A DNA stretch of 63,854 nt, the filler included, from Choristocarpus tenellus KU-1152 (lineage: Eukaryota > Protista > Phaeophyceae): the NCBI GenBank assembly GCA_964200185.2. It is 9 parts of 9 records of this genome, joined end to end, with 100 filler letters (N's around TTAATTAATTAA, not from the genome) between each part and the next. Parts side by side here need not be neighbours in the genome. Positions count along the whole stretch, not along the records: positions 1 to 19,715 come from CAXNAD020000450.1; 8 more parts are not named here. One strand, written 5' to 3'. Below the pieces are notes generated by a model. It was not told where the DNA came from, ran no database searches, and saw only the letters and a list, made by a program, of their open reading frames with translations. Positions 1 to 15,000 of the stretch are shown here, one piece after another; position 1 is the first letter of the stretch; each line of letters begins with the position of its first letter. Position numbers and translations under genes: made by a program.

Positions 1-39
1 CTGGTGTAGACCCCCCCCCCCTCCAAGATACTTTGGGTC
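1..39. mobile_element. MITE family A, terminal fragment
   Basis: ctggtgtaga-C-tract-AGATACTTTGGGTC matches the TIR end of full copies at 19834-20012 and 41006-41184. Confidence 0.8.
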
Positions 40-249
40 ATTTCTACCCGCTGCTCCTCCAACAAATGAGTCCTTAATAGAGTATTTATTTCCCATAGAA
101 TATGAACTACCGCAACTACCTGTATATTTGATCTATTTCTTTTGAGTACTCCCACAATGTAGCAGTTTAATGAAATGTACTTCGTCCCTCCAGGTTTTTA
201 CTCCTCACTATCAAGGGATATATTGCTACAAATGCAGATGATATCAACA

Positions 250-2420
250 CATACTAAGGAGCTTCTGCCTGTTGATCAGACTGGAGTAAAAATACTGCAT
301 CTTCTTTTCACTCGTACTTATAATAGCTGGAACCCACTTCACAGAATTTTGAAGCTTGGTCGTAGGCATAACAAAAAGATCAACTGAAACGAAAAATGTT
401 CTATTGTTGTCAGCAGTGACCTGTGTTTGAATACAAAGTCGACATTCCAGCTGCAGCATGAAGTTGTCTGCAGACGTGTGAGTTTCCTTGTTGCACCATC
501 GGTGTCCATGGATTGGAGAAAGCTCACAATCCCTCCGTATTGAAGCGTTTTCCTGCATATTGGTATAGGGTGCGTTGCATTCTCTGCCTTGATTTGAATA
601 ATAATCTCTATCAATGAACTTGCAACGTTGGTGGCTGGGCAATCATCCTCGTCAAACCAACCGTGCCCTTGTCAACAATATCCCAGGAGTCTTCTGTGCT
701 TGCTCTCAACTCCGATTTTTCTGGAAGGGGAAGGACTTGGTCAGGGGTGACAGTCGGAACAAATGCCTCCTTAAGGTCTGTACGAATTGAAATTTTCTCA
801 GTTGTAAACGAGCATCAACTATTACTGCACCTTAAGACCATGAGCAGCTATTTAAGCATGAGTTGTGTAAATGACACGTGGTCTTGGACAGGAATATAGT
901 TTCCAACACTCATATTTTTTTCCTGAAGCAATATGACTCCACTACAATAATTTGCAGACTGGACCTCTGTATGGTTAGACCTGTTCTGATGTGTTTTTTT
1001 GCTTCAATTCAGAGTCTGACACACCCAAGAACGTGACGTGGGTTGGCACAGCTAAGAATTGTTTGGAATTCATGCTCAATGTGCAAAATATTAAAGTCGA
1101 ACTTGCTTGCCCCAGATATGTTATCGGAACCAAACTTTCGTGTTTCACACTGTAAGATTGGCTCCTTTCGTATAGGTTGTAAATAATTTCTTGCAAATAG
1201 ACTTACACTGCTATGTGCCAACCTATGCTCCTTTTCCCAAATGATGGCGCCACCCATATCACTGTAGTGCATGTATCATCTAAAAGTACCAAATATAGGA
1301 GACAATTGAAGATTTGAGGGCCAGATAGACTGTGAGTCTGAATGCGTAAGGTTGGTTCATTGTGGCATAGTAGCGTTTGCAGTGGTATTGGTTCCACTCT
1401 TGTTACGGTGACCCCTAACCCTCCATATTTGATTTTGTACAGATCTCTTCTGCCTTACTAGTCTTAAGTGGCGCCCTGCACATTACCTCCTTTCTGCCTT
1501 TCCTATCATATCTCCCACCTTGTTTGTGTGTTCGGAACCTTTGGTACATTCATAAGGTGCTATGGATGTACTTTCGCATCCTTTAGCTCACAATGGGTGA
1601 TTGATGTGAGTGGTGAGGTAGTGCTGGATCACACTCTTTTTAATGGTATAGAGTCTCTCTCTGGTTATGTGGTGATGGTCAACTCTTCTGCAATAGAGAA
1701 ATACGGTGGAGTTCTGGTCCGGAACACAAAGGAAATTGTAGGGATGGGAGAAATACATGGGAACAAGGTGGGTGTGAGATTTTGTGGCTCAATTCTACAG
1801 TTTGTACTCATTGTAAACCTTTATTATCCCACCCCTCTATCACTTGTGCATATTGCAAACAGTTACCTTTCTTGTCTTTCCCTATTCTTGCCTGACAAAG
1901 CAATTTTTGTGACATAAATATTAACAAACGAAAGAACACAACTGCATGTCACCCCTTTTCCTGTGTGCGTATGTAGAATGTAGAGCTGCTATCATACCCG
2001 TAGGAAACTATTGGTTATTGCACAGAGGTTTTCTCAATATATTGACCGCATTATTTTCCAACTTGTAGCAATGGTTGAGTTAATGATGGAAACCATTCCC
2101 CCATCCATATTCTCCCTTCACCTCCTCACCCTGACATCCGTCAATCTTTCCGTCTACTTGTGTGCAAATTTCTCAACACCACATACACATTCTCAACTTG
2201 GCAACTCAGAGTGTGGCCCTTGCCGGCATAGTAGGCGGGGGAGAGGGGGGGCTAGTGGGTTGCAGGGCTTCCCCATCTTTCCCTGGTCGATCTTCCTTCA
2301 ATTTCACTGATGTTTGTGGTGTTGGTGCGTCTTGTGAGGGGATAGAACAGGGTGGAGTGCTATGTACCTGTGCGGGTGATGATCCCAGCGGAGATCCACT
2401 TCAGGTCAGAGAGAGGCGTT
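250..2420 (-). mobile_element. Decayed DIRS/Ngaro-like retroelement remnant (RT and RNase H fragments)
   Basis: Frameshifted minus-strand fragments lie in the expected order: YAFRL..., PSFGKRS, PTHVTFLGVSDS (RT), then HGHRWCNK...ADN and VKWVP (RNase H-like). Motif recall only; boundaries approximate. Confidence 0.4.
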
Positions 2421-3002
2421 AAAAGTGAACACGAACAGGACAGTGTGTGTCACGACTCTTGTGGGAGGATATAGAGGAGGTCATTATGTGTTTGAGTATC
2501 ACATGATACGCGCTATTATGAATGTATTCTGGTGTGAAGTAGATCAAGTGTTGGCCGCATATATCTGTGCATGTGGCACGACAATTGAAACTTCTAAATT
2601 ATTCCCTGCATTTTACAAAATTCTTTTTTCCAGAGGATAATTTTTTCTGCTGTTAAGTGCCTGTGATGTATGCCCCACAGGAAAATACATTTTTCTCTAG
2701 TCTTGTTGGGGTGTGCTAACTGGAGGATGGCCATGAGTGCTTCACACTATGCTGGCTCCACTCTTTGTATGGTTGAATTCCGTATGTGTTCAACCCCATC
2801 AGTTATCCCTGAACATTATTGCACAAACAGGGTTACCCTTGACATGACCGACGTCCACACACCTGACAACCATGCCCAGGGATGCTCACGGACAGTGATG
2901 GAGATTGAGGTGACTCCAAGCTTCTTGCGCGTCCATGCCCTCAAGAACAGCAGCTCAAAGAATATCTTTGAAGAGGGCGGTGCTAATGACCCTGATATAC
3001 AG

Positions 3003-6000
3003 GTCATGGTTGCTTTGACCAGCTCAATCTTACCTGAAGGGGAGCGTTCGGTCATAGACAAGCGCATGGTAGCGTTTGTCATTGAAAATATCTCTCTCTC
3101 TGGGGATGTAGGACTGAACTGGCAGGTGAGGAGCACAATAATTTCGCCACCTTTCTTACATCCTTGCCTGCTCGTCAATGTCACTATATTTTCCTCCTAC
3201 CGCTGACTGTTCTACATTACTATTTTCCAGTTGAGTAGATGAAATCCCTTTTTCGATAATATGTGTAAACGTTCATCCTATGCTCTGAGTATCTTAATAA
3301 CAGTCCAGATGCTATATTCTAATACGAACTGAATGAAAGATCTTGTTCTATTGTCCTTGCTCCATGCTCCACATCATTTCCTGATACAGATATTGGTAGT
3401 GGCATCTCTTTGCATTGAGAGTTAGTGATTGCCAATGCTACTGATTGGATAGTGAGGCAGCATGTTCAATTGTTATTCAGGTTGATCTCCACAAGTTTAA
3501 TACTTCAATGTTTTGTGAATCAGTATATATTCCAAGACCAAGGAAAAGCATGGCAAAACCCCTCCACATTGCTATCCATACTTTCAATGCGTTCATCACC
3601 TCATGTTTTGGTAATAGGTGCAGCCAATGAGGGGCATACTGGAGGCAGGAGAAAGTGTGACAGTGACACTCCTGGCCAGCTCGAGGGGACTTCCAAGTGG
3701 ACCGGTCAGGGTAGTAGTACGAAAAAACAACCCTTGACACAATTGAAATGGATACGTAGAGTCATCCTTGATTTACTCTGTGGGTGGAAGTCTACTAAAA
3801 TATTACAGAGTATATGGGTATGTGTAAGAGGATCACACAATTTCTGTTCAAGATTCCTGTCTACTGAAGTACATACTACTGATAACAATGAGAGATCTTC
3901 CTCTTTAGAAAGTCTTACCTTTGTTCCTGCTGCATCTTTGTCTCTTATTTCCTGAACGAGATTAACAGTTGTTAATCCCCTGAGGCCTAACTCTTTGTGT
4001 ATGTTCTCACCCACTACTCCCTTGCTACCTCCCATACCAGCCATTGCTTGCAAAATTTCTTGTTTCCTATGGAGAGTTCTATACAAATACCACGGAGACC
4101 TCAGGTGACAAGTCAGGTGGTCAATTTACTTTAATATCACCATTCTCATCACTATCTTTTGAAGTCGAGCTGTTCCTGACAGCATTTGCAGATGCTTCGA
4201 AGACAGTGGTGAGTTGATGTTAGCAAATGCGCAGTTGAAGCAACTTCTGAGTAGGTGATATCTCAAAAGGTTTGTGATGTGATGTTGCACTTGTGAATTA
4301 TTTTTTCAGCAAACTATTTCAAAACACAGCTCAATTACTACTCAAGTTCTCCACTTGGCCTGTGCCAGAGGCTAAAGAACATGGAATTGATTATGAAATG
4401 TTCAAGTGAGGCTATACAGTAATAGCTGGGTTGAAGAATTCCTGAAGGCAGTCAAATTGCTTACTATTTTTTCCAGCATTCTGATATTTTCAAGTCATAC
4501 GTTCACAGGTGAATATTCTAGGGGGAAATGTTTCAGCACTGGGCAAACCTCTTAGTGTCACAGTCCTTCTATTCGACCAAGATTCCTTACCTGTGCCCGA
4601 GGCTGGCAATAATACCGTATCTGTTATGGTTGCGAGGGATGCAGACAACAGCTCATTGGCTCAGTCAGGGTTGACACCTTCTTTGCGAAAGTGAGTTGGA
4701 GTGCAGGGGGGTGAACAAGAAATACAAGTTTCATCACCCATGGATTCTGTCAACACTAGTCAACGTTTCTGTCAAGCCTACCAAAACCAGAATATTGCAA
4801 ATTTAATCCAAACAATCTGTAACGTATGTACGAGCTTTCACCCCCCTGCATTTCTTCTGATAGTGAAAATCGCTACAATCTTCGCTTAATAGGAACCCGT
4901 ACACCCATTTCCGCCTTGATATGAAGGCATTGCCATACGCTTCTGGTGCATTTTTCATTTTCATTATTTCATTTTGCTCTTCCGAGTAACATTTGATCCC
5001 TAGTCACTGACCCCTCAGACCAATGTTCACAATCACACGTTCAAAACAACATACTGTGTGCGTGGACTTTTGCGATACACTTTTGAAGTGCTACCTGCTG
5101 GACCCTAGATTGGTCCTAATAAAGAACAAATAGATTACTCTGAACAAAGACTAAAAGTTGTTTCAGTTGGGATAGATGGGAGTGTAAAACCGCAGTAGGC
5201 ACTCATTAATGATATATCCCGTTCAAATGCCAGTTCTAATTATCTTTTAATATCTCAAGCTGCAAGACCTTGTAAGACTTTGTCCTGAAGTTCTTGAGCT
5301 TCCCTCTACCACGGAGTGTACCATACACAACCTACGTTAACCACGTTTTTCTCGTTAAGCTCTACTCAATAATATTCTTACGCTGGATCGTCCGGCAAAG
5401 CTCACATATTCCCAGCTTGCCCATGAATTGGAGTAGTGGGTGATGACGGGGGCAATTCTTCCTAACTTAATTTTGAAATGAATTTATTAGTAAATGTTAG
5501 AACTCCTCAAGCTCACTTGTATCTTAAACTATCCGAAGCACTACTAGTTCCAAGTCCAGTCTTTGCAAAACCTGCTCCATGCTGATCAACCATTCAAATC
5601 TCTCCTTTCTTCCTACCAGTTGCTCAACTGAGTGGTTTGAGTCTCAACAAGTGTACAACAGTGTGTGCAACATGTGGGAGTGGGAACTAGGACCCAGTAG
5701 GGTCGATGTGGAGGTCAATGGTGTTGTGGTTGCAAGCTTCCCTGTTGATGTGGCCTGCCCTTCGGGGAAGGTGGAGTTGAAGTAAGTGTGAATGTGATAC
5801 AGCAGAATACATGCCTTGGAAGAATTGCCTTATTGCTACTTATGTCTAGATGAGATAGATGCATGCTGGGATAAAAGCTTTATTCCCGGTTTGGTGCAGA
5901 ATCTCGTGTAGAGCTTAATGATTCTGTTGCGATTAATCTCTCATTCTCGCATGATGTACCTCTAGCAATCTATAGAAGAGCGGAATACCGCAGTATGAGT

Positions 6001-9000
6001 CGCACTTAACTACCATGCTATTTGAATATATTGAGTGAAGATTTTGCCCTATTCTTGGACTATAATAGTCCCCATGCGTTCATTTGGACAGCTTTGACAC
6101 ATCTTACATTATATGCTCAATATCAACCAGCTCAACCACTGTTGTCAACCGTTGACTTGGCATCTCATCTTCATTTGCTCGTGTCATTTCTTAATTTTAG
6201 TGGGGTGTGTGTTGCATGCCCAAAGGGGGCTGATTGTTCCTCTATTGGGTCGACAATAGAGGAGCTCAAGATAGTCCCTGGCTACTGGAGATCTGCTGAG
6301 GGCATTATGGATGTCAACGTCTGCCCACAGCGGTATGAATGAGTTATCAATTCAATTTCGAAACATGTTTTGCTGTGGAGGTCAGGGACCTTGCAGGTGG
6401 CGTTGGGAACGTTGTGATGGCTTGATGAATTATATATTTGAACCCCTATATTTTGGGAGAACACAATCATGGAAGGGTCACAACACTCAACGTTTATTGT
6501 ACTGTGAAACTCCAGCTGCATATCCTCAGGCCCATTCCCTGTTCTTGATAGCATCTGAATTATGTCATGGAATAGGAATCTCCCCTGGGGCGTGACTTAC
6601 ATTGGTTCTGTTGCCTTGTATGATGTCCTGGATCTTGCCTTGCATGGCAGTGCCGCTTGCAACGGGGGGAACAATTCCTTGGACTACTGCAACAAAGGTT
6701 ACGGGGGTGTGGTGTGTAGTGTGTGTGGTGATGGTTTCGAAGAATCTGCGGGTGGCTCTTGTCTAGAGTGTACTCTGTCTTACAAGGTGCGGAGATTTCT
6801 AGTGGAGGCGGTGAGAGAATGTAATAGTGTTACTGATGGGCAAGGAAGTTGTTTAATGACCTTTGTTGAGTAGATATACGATGTGTACATTACTTCGATG
6901 CAGGTAGAAGTGGAATGAACGGAACATTTGGAGCAGGTGGTAAAGATGTTTAAGTAGCAATGGTCTTTAGTACTCTTAAGAAGGTTGGTTGTATATATTA
7001 TTTATCTACTGCTCAGAACGAAGTGAGCTGCTCCTGTCTATAAAGGAGCAACCTATACCTAAACTGTCTTCGCATGAGTTATCCTTTCTCTTAGCTGTTG
7101 TCTTTCAATCAATATTTTATTGTACCGACAACTGACTCCTTGACCTGTATTACTTGGTCCTACATGTTAGTTCTTATATGTACTTCATCAAAGTACAATT
7201 CCAGTTATACTGCTCACTATCACAGAATGTATCAAAAACACGAACACCAACCAATATTTTATAAATGCTTTGTAAACAACTTTTTAAACTGCCATAATAT
7301 ATACATAACCCCCAATTTCACAAGACCTTGCGCATATTGAAAACTCTAAATAGCATAAGGCTGGTTCTAAAAGGAGTGGTTTCTTCATTCACAAACCGAT
7401 TTGAAGTAGCAAGTGATCTGGTCACTCTTAGGCAGCACATTAACTCCACCACCTCACACATCGCGTTCAAGGTTGAATCATATCGATGCCTCACTCTCCT
7501 ACCATTGTCAACATAATCTCAACACGAATCTAGAGTGGTTCATCTTGAGACTAGGCTCAGATGTGTGAGAATCGTGCAGGTACATCGTCAGAGTGAAGCG
7601 TTTTTCATGTTGATTCTCCTCCGACTGATTCCATTGGAAGGCCTAGGTTCTTAGCTTATTCAACGCACCTACGTGTTGAGGCCTTGGAGGGGTTAGAATA
7701 CCACATGATTTTATTGTCCTGCATGTTTCGCAGTAGATTCCCAGGAACATTCAATAGAGGAAGAGAGAATGATATAGTACTTCGAAGTGTGAGCTAGTTG
7801 AGGTGATGCCTTTGACGACATCTATACTTCTTTTTCCCATATTTACCTAATTTTTGATGCATAAGAGTGTCCTGCTGGTGGTGGTCCAATTGAAGACTTT
7901 CGTCAGCATGGTTTACACACACAAACATTCCTAAATTCATGCACACCTCCAAACACTGTTTTTTTTTCCTTCTCGTGGGATGCTTGTCTCCCTTGGTCCT
8001 GGTAAAGGTTACGAGTCTGATACTCTTGATAGTGATTGTATTTTCAGTTTTTCTACTCAGTCGGCTGCACTCAGCTGCCAGGCGAGGACGGCAGCAAGGA
8101 CTGCTGAAGGTGCTCGAGCACGCATTTGTGAAACTCAAGGTGTGCTTCCCAAAAATGTTCCAGTGTCATTTTGGATACAAAATAGTAACAAAAATTGAAT
8201 TGATTATTGAATCGAGTACTGTCAAGAATATGCCAAGTTGGCATGAACATTGAACATATCTGGTCCTTAGTTCCATTATTATTTGTTGTACAACAAGATC
8301 CTTTACTCGTCATTTATTCCGAGAATATTTGCATGCCTCAGCAATATCCACAATTGATTGATGACTGACTGGTAGTAGCTTGCGTCTATCAAAGGAAAAC
8401 ATAGCCTAACCAAATGCCAATTGTTCACTTAAAGGACTGTTTTTTACCCATTGTGTACCACTTGTCATTGCGAACTTGCTACATTAGATCAAAAGTATCG
8501 CCACCCCCTCCAGATACTTTGAGCCATTATCAACCTGCAAAATGATGACCCACTGTTTTAGACATTACTCTCCTCTTCCATTACTCATTTCTTTGTCTTT
8601 TCAAGTTGACAGTTATCTAGAATAGACGCCAAAGTGAATTGGCGCCCTTCTCTTTCCTTGTGACGATTTCTTTTTTTGAAATGTACTCTTCAACTTACCC
8701 CAACATGTATTCAATTGTCACAGATAATGGTGTTTTGTCTTCAGATCGTGACACAAACCTCTCGCCTACTTCCTGTGGTCTATCCTGAGTCACAACGTGT
8801 GGCTTTAGGTCTGTTATCAATTACTTCCTTGGATATTACATCCCTGCTACAGGCAGGTTGCATGTGGAGTATGAACTTCAACCAGAGGTTACTTGTGGTG
8901 AGTTGCAATACTCTTTGCCGTCAGAGTATGTACGACTTGCCTTGGCATTCCGTCGTTCCTGGTACTTCGTTTGAGGTAATGAGTAATTAAGTGTAATCAA

Positions 9001-12000
9001 ACCCATTGGTACAAAACTTACTGTCATCTGCAGCGAGGGTTTGGTTTATGATCCGTGTAAACCCAAGCACCTGACCTACACCCATTCTTTGCACAGTGAT
9101 CTGTCTCTGATTCAATGCTGACTTGCCTGGGAAACATACTACTACTGTGTAGTCGACAGCAGCTCCGCTTGGGTCTTGCTTGGTTTTGCTTCTTTCATAC
9201 CTCTGGGGGAAGCGGCATCTAGAGATGAACAGCAACGGGGGTGGTGCACAACCAGTGACATTATGGAAGACCGGACTGAAGTCTTGGAAGAGTCGACACT
9301 TTGGTGAGAGTTCCACAAAGAGGTGTTTTTAATGTTTTTGCTATTGCACATGCCCGCTCATATATTTTTCATCCCAGCCTTCTTATAAAATTGAAACCTC
9401 CACGTATTTTCTAATTCAATGCTGTTCTTCATTAACACGATCTTATATCCTTCCACTTTTGATCAAAGGTTTGGCTACCCTCATCATTTGTATGGCCTAC
9501 ACGGCTGCATGTGTTAACATCATGGAGACCTTCATTTGTGATGACATACATGTGCTGCCTGGGGATGGGGGTATACAAAGGTATCTAAGGGCAGATTACA
9601 CCATTGTGTGTGACACTGAGAGACACAGGTGAGATCCTCCCATTTTGGTAATGGGGAAATGATATCTATACTTCGTCAGCTTTGGATATTTGCCTAGATT
9701 CAGATGGTTCTTACTCTCTTTTCATCTCAGGCTTCATTCATAATGCCCGACCACAGAATATTTTTTTGGTTGCTTTACATTTTTCTTCTTGAATATGTAG
9801 AATGCTTTCATTAACCAGAATGAAATACGTTCTGAGGCAAGGTATCTTAGAGAGTAGAGCCACGTCCATTTGGGGGTTAAAATCCAATGTTGCGATTTCG
9901 ATGTAATTTTGGCTATCGTGTTTGTTAGGAAGTGTCAATATCCTTGTTCTGGACACACCTCTTATAATATATTCATTTTACCTTCTCCGAAATTATTTTG
10001 GAGTGGGGAAATGTCATCAAATCCATGAGGGAATCCGATCCACAAATGGACAAACAGGGCAGAACTCACACACTCTATGACACTTTCTATTAGAAAATGT
10101 ATATTCAAATCAAGAGCGAGGAAATTATCTAAAGACAATTTTTTCATTATTGTTTTACTTATTATTTGTTCCGCATGCGAGAAAGAGTAAGCTGGTGGAG
10201 CTCCCAAGAACATTTTGTAGTTTCTAAATCAATACCAGGAATCTTTCGTGGTAGTTTGACCAGGAAAGAGCTCACATGAATGGCTCAAATATTGTAGATT
10301 TTCCCTGGCACTGATCGATAATTTTTCAACAATAGTGTGGGTAATACTGTATTGGTGACCTCGAGGTTCATAACATTATGGATTTCTTCCCTTGAATGAC
10401 GTAAGGACTCGTGTTGGAAATGTGTTACGGCACGTTCAACACAAGCAATCTTTGTATTTTGGTAGCCATGTCGAATTGCAAACTTCATCTCATCAAATGA
10501 TGAATTTGAGGGTTGAGGGGACAACTCCTTTTCAAGAAGTATGTTAGAAGCCTTAGGTGGTAGAGTTAACAATAGGAAAAGATAAGAGCACCTGCAATAT
10601 GCTCTCATAGATTTGTTCCATGCAGACTTGTACTTCATATTTAAACCACAGAAGAAGTGAGTTTGGGTACACAGAGGTGGTTATTTGCTCTTGTTGAGAT
10701 GTTGATATTCAAACCTAGCGGTTTGTATTGGGGCCTAAAACTGGACTGTGAGTTACCTGTGCTGGCCCAGTCCCTTGACATTTCCTGAAGGGTAGGCCCC
10801 TTTAAGATATACGTTACACCACCTGGCAAAGAGTGGTTCACAAAGTTTCGTTGCTGACCCTGTCAACAACACTATATGCTCTCGACTGATCCAGGGATAC
10901 AAAAAAATCTGTATTATACCTGTTTTTACATAGCGTTGTCTAAATGATGGGTGTGTGTAATGCATCAAATCTCCAAAATCACCGACTTTAAGGATTGCAT
11001 AAAAAGCCCAGCAGATCTCTTTTTCTCAAGAAAGTCAGTTGGACCATACTATCAGGACCTTATTCTGATGATTTCTTCAACATATGGGATAATGCGTTGG
11101 TTCACCGATTTGTTTAGATAGGCACATCATAATGCTTACGTTCACATTTTACATAAATCAAAACACCGGTTAGGTGTGCCATTCCATGATGCAAGAGAAT
11201 AATGAATGATCCAACCAAATGAGGGAAAAGTAACGAAGTTGCACCTGTTCTGAAAAGGACCTGTGAAGATAGAAAATTGTACCTAGTATTCAACTCCTCG
11301 CTCCCCCTCTTATATCCCACAAGGATGTCTTCAGATTTTTTTTTTTAAAATCTTTTTATTACTAAGTCCTCCGAAATTTTGTATAATTGTCACAAGTAGC
11401 AACTTGGAATGATATTTTGTTGCAAAGAATATTTTCAGAGACCCGGCCAGGTCTTTCCAAGGACTAAAGTATCCTCCGAAAATGGTACAATATTTCAAGT
11501 AATAACTTGGAGTCCTAGGCAATGTTGTTTTTCCCGCGCATTGCACATGGAAACTTGCTGGGAATTAAACTGTGGAGTGGGGGACCCTGAACAGTTATTG
11601 GCTGTTCAGATTATTCCGTGCCACTAAACATCCTAGGATTGGTTTTCATGGCAACGATCTGGTGTATGTAATTGCTCGTGGTGAGATGAGTTCTTAATGA
11701 ATGGCGTGACTATCTGCCCTGACTGCCAGATATGCAGCGTACAGTATTGTACCAACTTGAGTTCTTGTTGTATGACTGGGAATCTGCAGGCCTTAACCTA
11801 AAGAAGATGACACCAAATATAATCAAGGGCTGGTGAAGTTCGCTTGCTAAGTTGACCCTAGCACACTACTGCAAGCATAGAAAAACAAACGCAAAACATA
11901 AACACAAAAAAGTCCAGAAAGGATTATTAAACGATATTGGAGTTCTAGGACCATCACAATTTTTTCTTGCTGTTGCTTTTCATCAACATATCCTGAAGTC

Positions 12001-15000
12001 TCCCCCTCTCCCTTGGTGATACTATTTGTTACCTGTCAGATCATACAAGGCATATGCGTATGTAATGGCTGTTGTGTATCCTTTGGGTGTTCCTTTGGCA
12101 CTCTTTCTCACTCTGGCAAACCAGAAGGATGCAATCAATCCTGAGGTGGATCCTACCAAGCTAAAGGTAGAGCAAAGTTGAAGCAACTTGCAGCTCTAGC
12201 CATGAACGTTTAAGCATGTGATGTACTCACAACAATTTCAGTGGACCTGACCTTTGTAGCTTGTGTCACTGTGTTGGATATTGAGCTGTGATTAATGTTT
12301 TGAGCTCTTAGCTGCAAGCCTTCTGTCACAATTCGACCAGCTGAACTTACCTTTTTGTGAGGTATGAACTCATGACTTAACCTAATAACCATGGCTTCGC
12401 ACCCTGTTCCCGAATATTTGTTAGAGTGGTATTCCATGGTCCAAATTGGAACAACATAGTGGAGTGTATAGATTGATTCCTTCGAAATTCCTTACGCAAG
12501 GTCGCTTCATTATTTCAAAATATCCTACTCAAGACAGTCATGCTCATACATAATCAGTGTATACTACTCCTTAGGTTGTGTACAATGTTTCTATTCCGTT
12601 ACGTATTTTAAGACAACATTCTATTTTTGACATATCAATCGACACACCTGATTCAGCATCCCTTAAACAAGTCTTACAATAATCCCTCTTCATTGCTAAC
12701 CCTGTATTCCGTCTTTCTGACAGTCATCACATCTTGGTCCAAGAGGGTTTACAGATGGCGATGTTACGGCAGAAAAGGTTGCCTTTCGAAGCACAATGCC
12801 TTCTGTATATTGGACCTCTTCCCTATGGAATCCCTACATACCTCAAATGTATGTGATGAAATAATTCACCTGCCACTTTGTATAGAATACATGTGAACTC
12901 TCTGGAGAGCGCCTTTCCATCCTATCGTTACGATCTTTGAGCAAGAGTCCATGCAGAAACTGATGTCAAGATTAGATAGCAGGACTGAGGGTATGAAGAG
13001 CAAAATGTGTATTTTCATTGTAGTGTAGGTCAGGTTGAGGTAGCTGGATGAATGCATCGCAGAACATCCCCATCCAACCTCTTTCTGCAGTACTATGCGA
13101 ATATTGCAGTAAGGAGGGTGCGGCCTTGGGCAATTTGCACCTCATACTAATGATTTTGTATCAACTCTGATTGGGTAACTGGAAGTTTGGAAGGTAGCGA
13201 AGAAGTCCACTCTTGAAAGATGACACACAATACTCTCAAATACAGGTGGTATTTTGAGGTTGTGGAGTGCCTACGGAGACTCCTTCTAACAGCAACACTG
13301 GTTGTGGCTTGGCCAGGAACGCCCTCACAGGTGGTTCTAGCCATGTTTCTGGGGCTGCTAGTCCATGTCATCACTTCAACTATGGATCCATTTTTGGACA
13401 GGTAGGATGCACAGCTTACTGACTCTCCATTTTCATGCCTAAGATGTGATTACATTGCGAAAGTATATTTTTCTCAACAGTTGCACTAACTATAGTTGCA
13501 TTTGTTACCAAGGTATTTTTGATGATGCCAAAGAGTGGATAGCTCAAAGTGAGGTAGTGCAAGCAGGTGGTGTGTAGTACTATTTTCTTGAGTGTTATAC
13601 TGTACTGATATGTTTTAACAGTATTTACTACTTTGTGCGGCTAGTTTAGGGCAGATGCAATGAAATTCTGACCAGATGATGTCTTGGCCCAATACTCAAT
13701 TTCTGACCTTTGATCACACCCTTTGATGTCTCATTTCAGATTCAACTCCTCACTTTTTCTCTCATTTTTTCCTTCTCATATGGACATCAGGTCTGAGTCA
13801 TTCCTGTACTATTGTTCAAGCTTGGTGGTCGTTCTTTCCTTCTTTAGTGCCTTGACCATTTCTTTAGATAACTATAACTTGGAGGGGGATGGAGTCAGCA
13901 CCCTATGGGTGACATATATCGCATCATTTTTTCAGGTACTTGTGGTTGGTGTCCCCAAGGTTGGAACAATGCAACTTTTCCTAGGAACAATTGTGGATCG
14001 AAGATGCGATTTTGATATTTCTGATGCTTAGGAACCTTTTCCACGGCATCAGCACTGCTGTTCATTGCATCTATAAACCCTTCTGCAGTGCTATGTCCTT
14101 TCCATTTCTATTTTCAAAGCACTGGATTCCCATTCTTGGGATCAGGTTCGAAAAAAGCCTCAACCCTACCCTCACATCATAGTTTTAAGGTAACCGTTTG
14201 CATGCTGAAGATGCATGCACAAACTTTTTCTTTTGATTTGTTGTTGACAATACATCCTGACCAGTATATTGCCGATACCCGAAGATATCCCACACCAAAT
14301 TGTTCAAGGATCCTTTAGAGAGAGTTGCCCCACCCTCGAATTTGTAGAGGGGATGATCTTGTAATCTCCATCCACCTTTCCTATCACTAGAAGATATAGC
14401 AAATTCTTGTGACCCTCTTGCTATTCCCATTGTTCTACTTATTCCTCTGGAGACTCTTGTTGTCTTGATCGTACCATTTCAATTGCTATTGACATATGAA
14501 ACACTTCACTGACAAGAATTATGTGAAGTTTCTGTTATTCATCTACTCCTTTTCCCAACAAGGTCTTCATGGTTGGACTCACTTTCTTTCTCGTGGCAAG
14601 GACATCAAGTAATGTTGAAGATCATAACTTGCTCCATCGCAGGCAAGAGGTCACAGCATTGGTACTCTATAGTAAAGGGAATATTTCCAACATTTGAGTG
14701 AAAGTATCTTAGAGGGTACGAGTTTTGTCCTGTTTGTCCATTTGGGGCTTGTCTTCCACTGTTTTTTTGTAACATTTTCCTATTCCAAAATATTTTGGAG
14801 TAGGTAAAATGTAAACATTATGAGAAGGTGTGTCCCAAACAAAAATATAGACACTTCCTAACAAAAACAAATGTCAAACTTGCATCAAATTGCAAATATG
14901 GATTTTGGCCCCAAATGGACAAGGCCCTACCCTCTAAGATACTCTGGCTCTTCCTCACCCACACTTGTTTGGAAAGGCCTTAATCAATGATCACAAGAAT

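Noticed and set aside
5354-5918. 11-bp inverted repeat TTAAGCTCTAC/GTAGAGCTTAA flanking an exon
   Set aside because: Too short, no TSD or second copy; compatible with chance
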